From: Sminthopsis crassicaudata
Lineage: Eukaryota
NCBI RefSeq assembly: GCF_048593235.1
Contig: NC_133620.1
Location: forward strand, 28,801,772 to 28,865,771
Direction: 5' to 3'
DNA: 64,000 nt
The notes beneath the pieces were generated by a model. It was given only the letters and a program-made list of their open reading frames with translations. It ran no database searches and had not been told where the DNA came from. Shown piece after piece: positions 46,881 through 59,770 of the stretch; position 1 is the stretch's first letter; each line of letters starts with the position of its first letter. The position numbers and the translations under genes are program-made.

Positions 46881-47157
46881 GTCCTCTCAGCCCGGTGGCC
46901 GGCGGGGAGAGCGCCTCAGTAGTTCGCGGCTGCTGAGCCCCGAGGACGCGGCCCCAAGAGGGGCAGCGGCCTGGCTCCGGTCCGGGGGACAAGAACAGCG
47001 ACGGGGACAGGGACATGGCTGCCGCCTCTCGGCACGCAGTGCCCCCAGTGCCCGTGCCAAGGACCCGGACTGCCGCCACCGCCGCGGCCGGGGGCTGAGG
47101 ACTATGAGCCCTTCGCCCGAGCAGTCAGGCCTCGCTCCAGCCCCGCTGCAGCCTCAG
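46880..47157 (+). other. TESK2: Probable TESK2 non-coding exon 1 (start approximate); intron 1 runs beyond the window end
   Basis: GC-rich leader ending at strong donor CAG|GTGAGC. Identity is inferred only from the conserved PRDX1-MMACHC-CCDC163-TESK2 order. Confidence 0.55.
47015..47098 (+). other. uORF (27 aa, MAAASRHAVPP...AAAGG*) in the putative TESK2 leader
   Basis: GACATGG is a strong Kozak context. TGA at 47096-47098 lies before the donor. Confidence 0.5.
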
Positions 47158-50100
47158 GTGAGCGGCCCAGAGTCTCCCGCCCCTCCTCTCCTCAAGCTCC
47201 TCCCTCAGGTCCCGCCCCCTCGACCTCCCAGCCTCAGAGCCTGCGGGGGAGGGGGGGTCTTCTGGCTCGGGCTCCGCCTCCTCTCTTACCCCCTTCCCCG
47301 CTCCGCCCCCGGGTTCTTCACCCAGGTGGAGGAGGGAGTCTCTCTGCCTCTCCTCTAGGGCCTGTCCTCTCTCCCGCAAGACCGCCCCCGCGGGCGTGCG
47401 TGCGTGTACGAGACCACGCCCCCTCCATCACGCCCCGCCCTCAGGCTCTTCTAAAGGGGGTGTCTTTCGACCTCCCCTAGAAGCTCCTTCCCTCCCCTTG
47501 CTCCTCCTCTCTCCGGCAGTGCCTCTTGCCGGATCCCTCTCTTTGCAGCCCTGAATCCTAAAGAGGGGCTCCCCTAACCTGCAGAAAACGGCCCTTCCTC
47601 CCAGGACGCTTCCTTTCGTCTCAGCCTTCCCTGGTCGCACCCCCCCTTTTCTCACTCTCCATAAGAGCCCCCCCAGTGTCTCACCTCCCAGGCCTTCCCA
47701 CTCCCTCCCCTTGAGCTTCCCCTCCCCTCTGACCCTCCACATTGCAGCGCAGGAGTCTCCCCCTCCCCCAGTTCTTACCTTTTCTCTGTTCTTCTTTCTT
47801 GGTAAGGTTTCCCCTCCCCCATAACCTCACCGGTGCTGCAATTTCCTTTAGTCCTGCATCTCCTTAGTTCTCGGGAACTTCCCCCCATTGCCACGTATTT
47901 TCTCCCTTCTCCCCAACTCCTTCATTTCATTCCAGGGTATTCCCTCTCTAGCTCCCAGGGGCTCTACTTCCCTTGAGATATCTGGAGGTCCCTGGGCTTT
48001 CCTGGGCAGGGGAAGGGATTCCATGCCTGTTCTCTGGCTTACCCATCTCTTTGTTGTCCTTTAGGTCTCTCTTGTGATTCCCCATTCTCAGGATGTTGCC
48101 CATTAGGAAGCCAAGGAGTTTCCCCCCAACCCTCCCAGACGTTCTCATCCCTCTATTTCCGTGATTCTGAGATCCCCTGCCTTTTCTCTGGAGAGTTTGC
48201 CTTCTGGACTGCATCTCCTTCCTATTTTAGCTTGGGGAATTCCTCTCTCTCCCTCCCTTAGGCCTGCTTTCCATAGAGATTTATATGGTTTAACATAACC
48301 TTTTGGGGGGGGGGGTCTTGTGTCATTGAACTCTTGTAGCTATTGTATAAAAGGGACTGCTGTTCCTGGGGCATATGGAGATACAAAGTAGGCCAGGTTC
48401 TTGATCTCAAAGAGATGATGAGGGCAGGGGAGATGAAATGCACACAGATAATCTAGCATAGAGGATGTGGGGGCAATGGCAGGCACTGGCAGGGCCTCGA
48501 TAAAGGGCACTTGGAAGGGCAGAGGGAGCTAGCACCTGAACTGGACCTAGTGAAGGGGACAGTGGCCTTCAGGGAGGAAGCAAAGGGGAGAGAGAGAAGG
48601 AAGTCTCTATTTGAGGTTGGCTGCGGTTGATTGCAGAGGAGACTGGGACAGACACCTTCTGAGGACTGCTGCTTCCCAAAGCAGTGTGGGCTGCAGTCAC
48701 AATGGGTTGGCTCTTTCCTGATTCCTACAGCCCTTGCTGCGTAGCCGGAGCTGGCCCAGGGGCCTGGGCATCTCAGCTGCTGTCTTTTTCTCACTTTGCT
48801 GCTTGCCAGAATACCCCCCTCTATTGGAGGAAGGTGATGGAAGATCCCTATTGAGATTCTGGGTTCAGTGTTGTGTAGAAAGAAAAGTCTTATTTCTAAA
48901 TGTATTTGCATTGTCTTAGAACTGGTTTCACACAAATACAGAAGAACTTCTCTGCTTTCCTGTGGGAAAGTGTTTGTGTTACGTGCCATTCGGTGACTGT
49001 TACATTGGATTATAATCCAAGATAAGAGCTTCCGTGGGGAATCTGCCATTTAGGTAGTGCTGGGTACAAGGAGGAGCTTATTGGGTGTTTGTGAAATTCA
49101 GGGGGGCTGTGGCCGGGACTGCAGAGCGTGACAAGTTTGGTGTTATCTACCTTATGTCCTCCCTGTGCATGTCTTCCCAATTTGTAGAAGTGTCACTACA
49201 ACTAGGAGGGACAGAAGCTGCCAACTGGAGGTATATGAGTGGAATCTAATTGCTAATCCTCACCAGGGAAAGAACAACATCTTTGAATAGGTTGGAGAAG
49301 GGAAGCAGGACAAAGATAGCCCTCAGGATTAGCCTTAGCATAAGTTGCACAGGACCAGCAAAAAATTTTCAAGGTTTTTGATAGAAGATGTCTGTCAAAG
49401 AGGAGTTTAGGTGTTCTCAGGCGACTGCAGTTAAGCAGTTGGGAAACCTCCCTTGCAAGAATGGTTCTGAGAGGCCATGACGTGCAATAGAGAGGGTGCT
49501 AGACGAGTACTTAGACTCAGGTGCCTTGTTTCCTACAATGTATGGGTGCCACTGGGCAGTTCCCTTAATCTCTGAACTGCAATTCCCTTGTGTGTAATAT
49601 GAAACTCAGTGACCTGTGCCCTGTGTGCCATACGGTGCTCTGGAATGAATTGCGTGACCATATAAGTATGTGGAAAGCCATAAAAAGTTATGTAAAATGT
49701 TATTAGGTTGGCTAGGTTGCTCAGTGGATAGAACCAAGTCCTGAAGTCAGGAAGAATTTCTACGTTCAAATAAGGCCTCAGATACTTTTTAGTTGTGGGA
49801 TCCTGGGCAAGTCACTTACCCCTGTTTGCCTCAGTTTCCTCATCTGTAAAATGATCTAGATAAAGAGGCAAATCACTCATAGATCTTTGCCAAACAAATC
49901 CCAAATGGGGTCATGGAGAGTCAGATACAGAAGTGTTGTTTTGTTAGGCCTTCTTTTCAATTCCTAGAATGAATTCTAGTCATCTTTTTCTTCCAAAGCT
50001 AACAAAACTACTAATTCCAGAATATCCTGGAAGAACTTTCTGTGATAGGAAAAATTTAAAAAAAAATTTTTTTTTAAAGAAAGACTTGTGCATTTCATTT

Positions 50101-51256
50101 AGTGTGCTTCTATTTTAAAATGCTTGGTAACTGAGTGTATAGGTTTATAAAGTAGTTGATAACATGGCCACCAGTGAGGCCTTGACCTCGACTTCATGGC
50201 TAATTTTTGCTCTGGATATAGAATCTTTCAAAGGCAGGAATTTTAGGAACTTGAAGTTCATACTGCTGTTCTTGTGGATGTCTAACAGAACAACGTGCCT
50301 TACTTATCCTTCATCTCTAGCAAGCTCTTTAACCTTTGATTGTAAAAGTGACACTTTCTTTTTTCTGAAAAAAGGAGAGATATCTTGCACACATGGATGT
50401 GTAGTATATGGATGCAGTACATGTTGGATATAGTTTTGCCCCATTTTGTGGGGCCTAGTAGGAAGTTTAAGCTTTGGCAGACTTTCTCAGAGAAATTTTA
50501 TGAATCTCTATGGCTTTAATCTGATTTCCTGGGCACAGAGAAAATAAAAAAAATCCACTGACCTTCAAGCTGCCTAGGGGAAAAAAAAACAAACCAGTGG
50601 CAGAGTGAAATTGCTTTGTTAATCTTTTGGTGAACTGGAAAAATGACAAATCAGCAGAATGAGCACTTAGGAATAAATCTCTTCCTCATTTCATATTCTA
50701 GTAAACATTTCTTAGATTCCTCACTGTCAGCATTATATACCATTATATGTTTCTCCAGGAATGTACAGCATGTTACAATGTATGCTGAATCATTTTTAAC
50801 ACCTTAAGACAGATATCAATTTGAGGAATTTTATGACTCAAAGCTGTGCAAACCCCATTAAAAAAAATTCTGGTCTTATTTATTTAATTTGTTACATTTG
50901 AATGTTGAATAGACTTCACTGTTTTCAGCTCCTATCTTATTCCCAGGTTATCTGTCCCCTTGCTTCAGATCTCCCCCAGTCACTTGTTTCTCACTTCTTT
51001 CTCAATGGCCTGAGCTTTGGGCATTTTGTTTGTTGATGATACATATGGTTAAATAGATTTTAATGAAGTGACTATCTAATTGAATCATTCAATTTCTCTT
51101 AGATTATAGTCTGTTATAGCCTAGAAGCATCATTTTTTATTTTAGTGGAATTCTTTTTTCTTTTCCTATGTAGCCAGAAACCCAATGGTAAAGTATTACA
51201 TCAAAGTAAATTTGAGATTTTTGTAAAAAAAAAAAAAAAAAAAAGAAAGTGTGTGT

Positions 51257-51393
51257 GGGGGGGCGCAGTGGATAGAACACCAGCTTTGAATTCAGGAGGA
51301 CTCAAATCTGGACTCAGACACTTAACACTTCCTAGCTGTGTGATCCTGGGCAAGTCACTTAACCCCAGCCTCAGAAAAAGGAAAAAAAAAAAA
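51257..51393 (+). mobile_element. WSINE1-type CORE-SINE
   Basis: Head, CORE and A-tail. AGATTTTTGT at 51215-51224 and 51394-51403 flanks it together with extra 5' sequence. Confidence 0.85.
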
Positions 51394-53045
51394 AGATTTT
51401 TGTGCCTTGGACATAAACAACATAATAAAATAGCATTAATCTAGCACTTTAAGGTTTGCAAAGTGCTTTCCAGATATGCCATTTTTATCCTCTAGAAAGC
51501 AAGTGCTCTTTTTATCTTACACATTAGGAAACCGAGGCAGACAGTTTATCTATTAAATCAAAAATTATTTGACCTTGGTTATACATCTAGCAAATGTCTG
51601 GGCATGGATTTAAATTCACATATTCCTGACCAAGTGTTCTATCCATTGCTTCACCTTAATTACCTCATTTTTATATGCTAATTTGAACTTTAAAATAATT
51701 TTTAGTATGCTAATAATTAGTACTTTCTTAGTACTGATTTCATATTATCTGATCTCTAAGATTAGAAGTTTAGTGTTTTCTTTATTCCTTTCTTCTTTTA
51801 ATTATTACCTATTTATCCCATATACATTTGATTTGTATATATATTTGTTTTCCTGATATCTTCTCTTTAAGATTGTAAGCTCTTTGAGGGCAGGGACTAT
51901 CTTTTACAAACCCTTTGTAAATCCAGCACCTAGCATGATGTCTAGCACATAGCAGTCATTTAATATCTACTTATTGGTTGGTTGATTCTTCTTTATTCTT
52001 AAATTTTCATTGTATCTTGCTACTGATTTTTTATATGATCACTAAGATAAATTCTTTCCATTTATTCTTAGCCAAATCCCTGATTGACTGTCTAGAATTT
52101 TCCCCAATTTCCTCTTCCACTCCCCCTTTTTTTTTTTTTTTTGTCTAGATCAAAATTTCTTAAACTTTTTCCACATGTTGTATCCCTTTTTTGCCTGAGA
52201 AATTATGTGACCCCAAATATATGGGTACATAAAATTTAGGTATGCAAATCAAACATTTACTGATAATCATAAAGAAATTTATTTTAAAACAATTATTTGC
52301 TTATATATAATTTTACCATTTATGAAAAAGCAAATTTGCATATTAAAGAGATGAATGTGCTTGTTTATTTTTACATAAAGAATCTTGGGAGAATAGTTGA
52401 TACCTTTTTGCAACTTTTACATTTATATAGGGTTTTAACATAAAGTTTAGGAAACTTTGGCTTAGATCTGCATGTGATTTAATCAAACTAGAGAATGTTG
52501 TGACTTATTCATGGTCATATAGCTATTATATGTCAGAAGCATATAACCTATATCAAATTGCTTGTCCTTTTGGCGAGGGAAAAGGGGAGGAAGGAAGAGA
52601 ATTTGTAATTCAAATATAAAAATAAATGTAAAAAATTGTCTTTATATGTAATTGAAAAAAAATTATTTTAATATTATTTATCGAAGCAGAATTTGAATCC
52701 AGTTCTTCCTAAATCCAAAGGCAGCTCTCTGTTTACATTAGCAGATTGGCCTCCTAGTTATTCTATACTTAAATTAATTAGCAAACATAGTTTTTTCAGG
52801 AAGAAACTTACAGTCTCTGTAGAGAAACAAAATTTGTTGATCCCATTAGAATGGGGTAGACTGCAGTTTATTCCTGTTTTCTCATTCGGTGCCACTCTTG
52901 TCCATGTTCTTCCATTAGTCCTTTACCGTGAGCTGTCCAAAGCTCTCAAGATTTCTCACATGCAGGGAAGGATGCTTTACTTTGGGTCATTTTGGCCAAT
53001 TAGTCTGGAGGAACTGAGGCGCCTCTTCTCACAATTATGACTTTA

Positions 53046-53464
53046 TTTTTTTTTTAATTTTTTTTTCCCAGACAATTGTGGTCAAAAGTTTATTTTAACA
53101 TAAAACTCTAGGTACAAAAACATTTATTAGTTGATTTTTTGAGAGTATTTTGATGTTCGTATTTCTCATATGAACATCTGTTATTTGTCAATTCATGAAA
53201 TATGAACATCATGCTGATGTATAATTCTGGCCATAAGGTCATGACTATTCCTTAAGTTTAATTTTTTAATGTCTGAACTGATATATTCCACAATTTTCTT
53301 CAATTCTTGGTATGATCTAAACTGATCACCAAGTTAGAATTCTTTATGGATAATTCTGTAATTTCTAATGCCAATGGCTTGGTCTTGAAACACTATGATC
53401 ACATTTTTTAAATTGTTCAAACTTTCTTAATTGACATATTGTTGGTTCAGTTAATATAGCTACA
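53046..53464 (-). mobile_element. Unidentified poly(A)-tailed retroposed insert nested in a hAT-type MITE
   Basis: Poly-T at 53046-53066 and minus-strand AATAAA at 53089-53094. TSD ATGACTTT(A) at 53037-53045 and 53465-53473. The host ends in the TIR-like GGTTACGAACACCTG near 53582. Confidence 0.65.
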
Positions 53465-54860
53465 ATGACTTTAAATGCATAAAGTAAAACACATGGGATT
53501 TCAAAGGAACTCAAGTATATTGGAATACAGTAATCAAAATTTAAAAAACCCCAATTCACAGACCTCTGGTTACGAACACCTGCTCTAGGATTTTTTTTTT
53601 TTCCCCAATCATTTAACACTTTTTATGACTAGTATGCTTCCTTTTTCAGTTCCATATTTTTTGAGTATTCTCTTTTTTGTGAAGAAAGGCAGGAATCTAG
53701 AGAGAACTGGCCTCTTAGGTTAAAATTCCGCCTCAGACACTGGTTGTGATCTTGAGCAAGGTTTCTGATTCCTCCATGCTCCTGAGACTTTGAAGACCAT
53801 AAATTGCAGAGCAGGTACTGATGTGCCTTGATAGAAGGTACTTCCTCATTCAAGAAACTCCCTTCTGAAATTTCAATGCAGACAAAAAGGAAAAAAAAAA
53901 AATTATATATATATATATATTATGCTACTTGAGTTCAGCAATTGTGGATGATGTGCTTACAATCTATGTAAATCAACCATGTATCTATCTGTCCATTGGA
54001 TCACTCACAATTTTTATTGTTGAGTAGAAATTGTTTCATGAAGCATAATTGTATTATCATCACTGGTATTAAAAAGATGGATCTTTGTATCAGGAGCAGC
54101 TTGGGATATTGACTTTCAATATGACTTTCTCAAATTTGATTTCGACCATTCTTCTGTCTAATTCTGGGCCCAACTCATTGTCTGCTTGTCCAGGGTAGGA
54201 TAGGATGATCAACTAACTCAGTGGAATAGAGCTTTTTTATCCATCTGGTTTTTTCTTTGTGGATTTTTTTGGAAATTCTTAGTGTTCAAGGATCTCATTA
54301 GGAGGTTCTGTAGAATTCTTAGTTTTTATACAATCATTGTCATTGACAGACAAACTTTTGGAAAACCTTTTTACTTTTTGGGAATCCTTCTTCTGTCTGA
54401 GATATGCCTAGGACATCATCCAGAATGGTAGTATGGCTTATTGCCTGAAACTTCACCTAGCACTGACAATTTGGGGGGGAGGGGGGAGAGGGGAGAGGGG
54501 TGATTTAGCAAAATTATCTCAGGTGCATCTGTAAAGGAATCATAGGATCATGACACAAGGTTTGGAATAGACCTCAGTGGCTGTCTGAATTAGTCTCTTT
54601 ATTTGATAGATAAGAAAATTGAGGCCCAAGAAAATTCTGAGGTAGGATTTGAATCCAGGGTCTCTGACTTGAGTGCCGAACCTCTTCCTGGTAAATTGAA
54701 TTGCTTTGTATTCTTTGTGGGAGCTTTTTCATAAAGATCTTAAGAGAATGAGGGGAGAGTACATATGTAGGTTTGATAGGATTCTTTCAAGGTGCTAAGT
54801 CACTGGAGTGGATGTAATTATCTAATGGTTCAGTATGATTGATCTGATTCTACAAGGAGA

Positions 54861-55401
54861 TGTTATGGGCCAGAACTTGAAACAAGGTCCTGAGTGGAAT
54901 TGAGGAGACAATGATTAAATCTAATTTAGTATTGATTTAATCCTACAACAAATAATAGTTTCCTAGTGATGAAATGATTGGTGTGTACTCAATGGACAAC
55001 ATATAAGCAGGAAGCTCTCAGAGTTCTAGAGGACTTTGGGACATTCACAACTAGGATTGACTTCCGGGAGATTCACAAGGCAAAAACCCACAATCCCACA
55101 CTCTTGGAGGCAGAGTCAGATTCATTCCCACTTCCCACTTTGTGCTGGCTGGAGACATTGGGAAGACGAGAAGCTGGAAGAGACAAAGGACTAGAGGCAA
55201 GATCCAGAAGGACTCTGAAAACTAGCTGAGTCCCAAGTGAAGGAGATAAGATTTTGGAAACAGACAGAAAGGATCTAGACTAACTCCAGGCTGCATTTTG
55301 GGATTGTTGAATTGAACTGAAAGGAAGGCTGCCTCCAGAAGCTCCCGAAGAAACCTGCACACAGAGAACGATCACAATTTAGAGAACAAAAGAACATTAC
55401 A
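54861..55401 (+). mobile_element. ERV1-like solo LTR (541 bp)
   Basis: TGTTATG...CATTACA termini (6/7 inverted match), 4-bp flanks GAGA/TAGA, ATATAAG near 55001. Confidence 0.65.
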
Positions 55402-58253
55402 TAGATTGGTAATTATTGAAGTCCCGTTGACTGATATTTTGGGTGAGACTTGGCATGAGTTTTTGAAACTGTTTGGACTCTTCCTCTCTTTCAGACTTCT
55501 ATAAGAGCAGCCCTGCCTCCAGCATGATTTCTTGTCCAGTTACTCTCCTCAATTTTACCTTAAGTAGTTGCACTTTCTGGGTTGTTTTGACTTTGTTGTG
55601 GCAGTGGCTTTATGTTTATACAAGTTTTATTTTTTGTGAAATGATAATTATCTGAATTTCTATCTTTAATATCTCCCAATAAGACAGGGGCTCTCTTATT
55701 TTTGTCTTCCTATCCCTTTTATCTAACCCTGTATTTGGCACTTAGCAGTTGCTTAGTAAATGCTTTAATTGAATTGATGAATTTCTCAAAAAATGAAAGC
55801 CATTTACACATCACTGAGTACCACTTTGTTTCCATTTTTGCCCCCACAAAAATGTATTGCTATAAATAGTTTGTCATGTATGGATGGGGCCTTTCCCCAT
55901 GTATTTGCTAAAGAAAATCTTTCATTTCTCTTTAGTATATAATAATATATAGTAATGGGATCTCTGGGGTAAAGAACATGGATCATTTAATCACTTTTCC
56001 TAGAATAATTCCAAATTATTTTCTAGAATCCTTGGATTAATATGTAGTTCTACTAAAATGTAGTATAACTTTGATCTTTATTTTCCAACTTTTTTTTTTT
56101 TTTTACCATTCTTTCTTTCCCATTTTCACACTGATATTATCGAATACCAATATGTGCATTGACACAAATTTCCAGCCAAAGTTGATTATTGCTGCTTTTC
56201 TGATTTAGCAGTATGTTTCTTGACTCTCACCCTACCCTCTCTCCTCTTCCCCAACTCCTCCACCTCACATTTGGAAGACAGAATCCCCAGCTTCCTTCCA
56301 GGCTAAACTCATATTAGACTTATCTCCTATTAGAAGGTTTTACTGGTTGTTAGTGCTTCTTCCTTCAAACTGTCAATTTATATAATTAAACTTAGCATAT
56401 ATTTATCTTTCATTGGAATGCATGCTCCTTGAGGGCAGCTGGGGGATGTGGTTTTTTTTGCCTTGGTGAGCATCATAAGTCTTCAACAAAGGCTTTCTGT
56501 GTCATCGTGGTAGTCTGATTTCTTGTCTACATGTCAGCTTTCATGGCTCCCTTGGACATTCTCCAGGTCAAACATCCTCATTCCAAGGCAAGGCAACAAA
56601 CATTTATTAAGCCTCTGCTGTGTGCTGGTGACTATGCTAAGGAAAAAAATCCCTGCTCTTGAGGAGTATATATTCTAATGGAGAAAGTAACACATAAAAG
56701 GGAATGAGGAAGGAGAAGGAAGATTCATTCCCTTGGTAACAAAGTCCAGAGACTAAGGCATGGCTGATCTGGGCCTTTCCTTAGAATGGGATGACTGAGG
56801 ACACATCATTTTCCAAGTGGGGAGCTCAGTCATACTGCACAGTTTAAGAGATTTGTCTTTACTTAGGGTACTTGGGCTATGGGAAAACTACACAAGTTCT
56901 GGAGAGATTGGACAAGGACTATTTGTTGAATATCGCAAAAAAAAAAAAAAAAAAAAATGGTTATTCAGATGGGTTGAAATAATTGGGTTCTAAGCTCTCC
57001 TCCAGCTCTAGGATTCTAGAATTCTGGGAAGATAAGGGAGAAAATTATTTTACCAACCTGTTTACATTTATTGAATTGGGAAATTTCATAATTGGAAGGA
57101 ATCTTAGAGACTTTCTAACTGATATACATGGGTTTGAAGGAAGGAATTAGGGACATTTAATCTGAAGAACAGAAGGTGAAGGGAAGCTATAACTACTATC
57201 TTAAAACATGGGAAGAACAATCACATAAAAAAGTAAGCACACTTTATTTAGTGGCTTCAGTGGGTAGAAGCAGAATCGCTTGGGAAGTGTTACTACAATC
57301 CATCAGGAAGTATGGAGCTGGCCTCTTGTAAAACAGGCTGCTTTGTAGTGAGTTTCCTATTATATTTAATATTTGGAAAAGGGATGGATGACCATTGTCA
57401 GGGAGGCTAAATCCAACAGTCTTTTCTCCATCCTCAAGTTTCTTGTCCTTTTCTGTTAGTTTTTGGCTCTGTTGATCTCCCCCTCCTGTATATGCCTTCC
57501 TCCCTGGGTTTTCATGATGATATTCTTCTGTTATAATAGTGGTTCTCTTCCTAACTGATCTTTCCCAGTCTCCTTTGAATAATCATTATCCACATATTAT
57601 TCGTGATTTGTGGATATATCCCAGATCCCTGTCCTAGACCTTAGTGGTCATTTTGTTCAGTTCACACTAAAAAAAAATCTTAGAACATACATGGCCTTCA
57701 ATTTCTTCTTAGAGCCCTCTAAAGTCTTTACCTCTTGATATGAAGTATTTCACTATTACACAGTTCTAATTGTTAGGAAGATTTTCCTAATATCAAGCCT
57801 AAATTTTCCTTTTTGCAACCTCCACTTACTGCTCCTGGTTTTGCCTTCTAAGGATAAATAAAACAAATTGAATTCCCTTTTCACATTATAGACCTTCAAA
57901 TCAACATGCCTCCCCTGAGCCTTCTCTTCTTCAGGCCAAATATGCCTGATTCCTTTAATCTGTCATTATATATCATCTCCATGCATGAACAGTTTATTGT
58001 TGATCTGGAGGGAAAGCTGAGTCTGCACAGTTAGCAACAGTGGAGCAGAAAAGGAGTGGGGAGCTTTCAGAGATTTGACACACAGTCCTGCATTTGCTCA
58101 TTTCAGTCAGAATACTCATGAACATCAGGGTTGATTTAATGAAAATGAAGGAAAAATTAGAACTCCATCAGGTTTACCAGCGGGATAGTTTGTCCATCTC
58201 TAAAAGTGGAGTTTACTCCAGCAAAAGTAAAGTCTAGGGGCATCTAGGTGGTG

Positions 58254-58288
<35 letters not shown>

Positions 58289-58330
58289 AAAAAATGAAAA
58301 AATGAAAACAAAGCTTAGAGAGATGCAAGA

Positions 58331-58479
58331 TTTTTCTTTTTTTCTCCCCTGAGGCAATTGGGGATAAGTGCCTTGCCCAGGTCACACAACTAGGAAGTAT
58401 TAAGTGTCTGAGGCCAAATTTAAACTCAAGTCCTCCTGACTTAAGGGCTGGTACTCTATCTACTCTGCCATCTGTCTTT
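58331..58479 (-). mobile_element. WSINE1-type CORE-SINE
   Basis: Reverse SINE with T-tail. TSD AGATGCAAGA at 58321-58330 and 58480-58489. Confidence 0.85.
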
Positions 58480-58539
58480 AGATGCAAGACTCTTGACTCA
58501 GTAAGAAGACAGAAGATTCAATTTTATGCTGATAGTAAT

Positions 58540-59770
58540 AATCCAAAGTGCTTTTATCATCTCCTGAAGGCTCTTTATGGGCCAAAGATCTATGGTGTAG
58601 TTCAAGTACTCAGTGCTGATAGAGCCATACTGATCTGTGATAAGGACATGATCCTTGAGAGATGAGTTGAACACTTCCATAATGTTCTCAACAGTCTGTC
58701 ATCAACCAAGGCTGAAGCCGTTCACCAAATTCCTCACATTTAAGTCAATCCCTGTGTAGCCGAACTTCCAACTGAAGCAGAGATTTTAAATGCCATTGAA
58801 TTCCTCTCATGAGGCAAAGTGCTTGATACTGATTCCTCCCAATAGAGATGTGTGTGGCAGGTGGTCTATTGCTCATACAGGAGCTGCCTAAAATCTTTTG
58901 GCAAGAGGATGCTCTCTTTCAGGAGATCTAGGTGCCTCCATTAGCCATCTCTGTGAAGTGAAAGGAAGGAGCTTCTTCTGTGACAATCACTGGGATGAGA
59001 TAGGGAAGTCAGAAATAGTCTCCCTTTTAGTTATTGTTGATAAAATTCTTGCCAAAGACCTCTTTAACTGACTAGTCCTTCTCCTGGAAAGTGATCATGT
59101 ACCCAAGAGCCATTGTCCTTTGGAAAGGGTTGAGGAACTGCTGGCTTGGTGTATGTTGCTGAACAGCTTCTAGGAGAAATGCCTGGAGCAGAATAGAGAT
59201 CTGTATACAAAGTTTGTTGGTCTTTAATACTATCAGTTATGAGGGCTTGTGGAATATCATGGTGAAATTTGGTAGCCTGGAGAAATTTGTCAGTATTGTA
59301 CGTTAATTTCATGAGAACATGCTTGCAAAGGTTCTGGATAAAGGCTGATATACACAAGAGGATGAATCGATTCTCTGCTGCTTGTGCTAATTTTGGGTTG
59401 ACAATTGATACCAAAAAAACAGGTTTTCTACTAGCCAGCCCTGCGCCATTCATACGTGGAACCATTGGTTACAGCAAATGGAAAAATTTTGAATGATGTG
59501 GAGAAGTTCACTTACCTTGGCAGGATACTCTCTAGATATGTCCACAGAGATCATGAGGTTAATGGATACATTGCCAGAGCTAGGTCAGCATTTGGAAGGC
59601 TATGAAAAAGTCTGGCAGAGAAGAGATACCAGATTATATACCTAACTTCAGATCTACACAGCTGTTGGGTTGATTTCACTGTTAAAGGCCTATGAAACCT
59701 GTACAGTCAACAGCACCATACCAGAAAATTGTATTGCTTGTTTGACTTGTCTTAGGAAGATTCTAAAGCT
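58540..59770 (+). mobile_element. Degenerate RTE-clade LINE (marsupial RTE) ORF fragment
   Basis: Frame-broken peptides LKALYGPK, DKDMILER*VEHFHNVLN, MNRFSAACANFGLTIDTKKT and VEKFTYLG typical of the RTE reverse-transcriptase region. Confidence 0.85.

Noticed and set aside
46107-47742. 271-aa ORF 46107-46922 and neighbours as TESK2 coding sequence
   Set aside because: CpG-island artefacts. The TESK2 N-terminus (MDRSKRNSIAG..., recalled) and kinase motifs are absent from the window.
52242-52341. Inverted pair of octamer motifs (ATGCAAAT, ATTTGCAT)
   Set aside because: Located in very AT-rich intronic DNA where such matches are common, with no supporting motifs.
4323-58479. tRNA genes or CRISPR-like arrays
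   Set aside because: The A/B-box sequences are SINE heads followed by CORE and A-tails. No cloverleaf or regularly spaced repeat-spacer array was seen.
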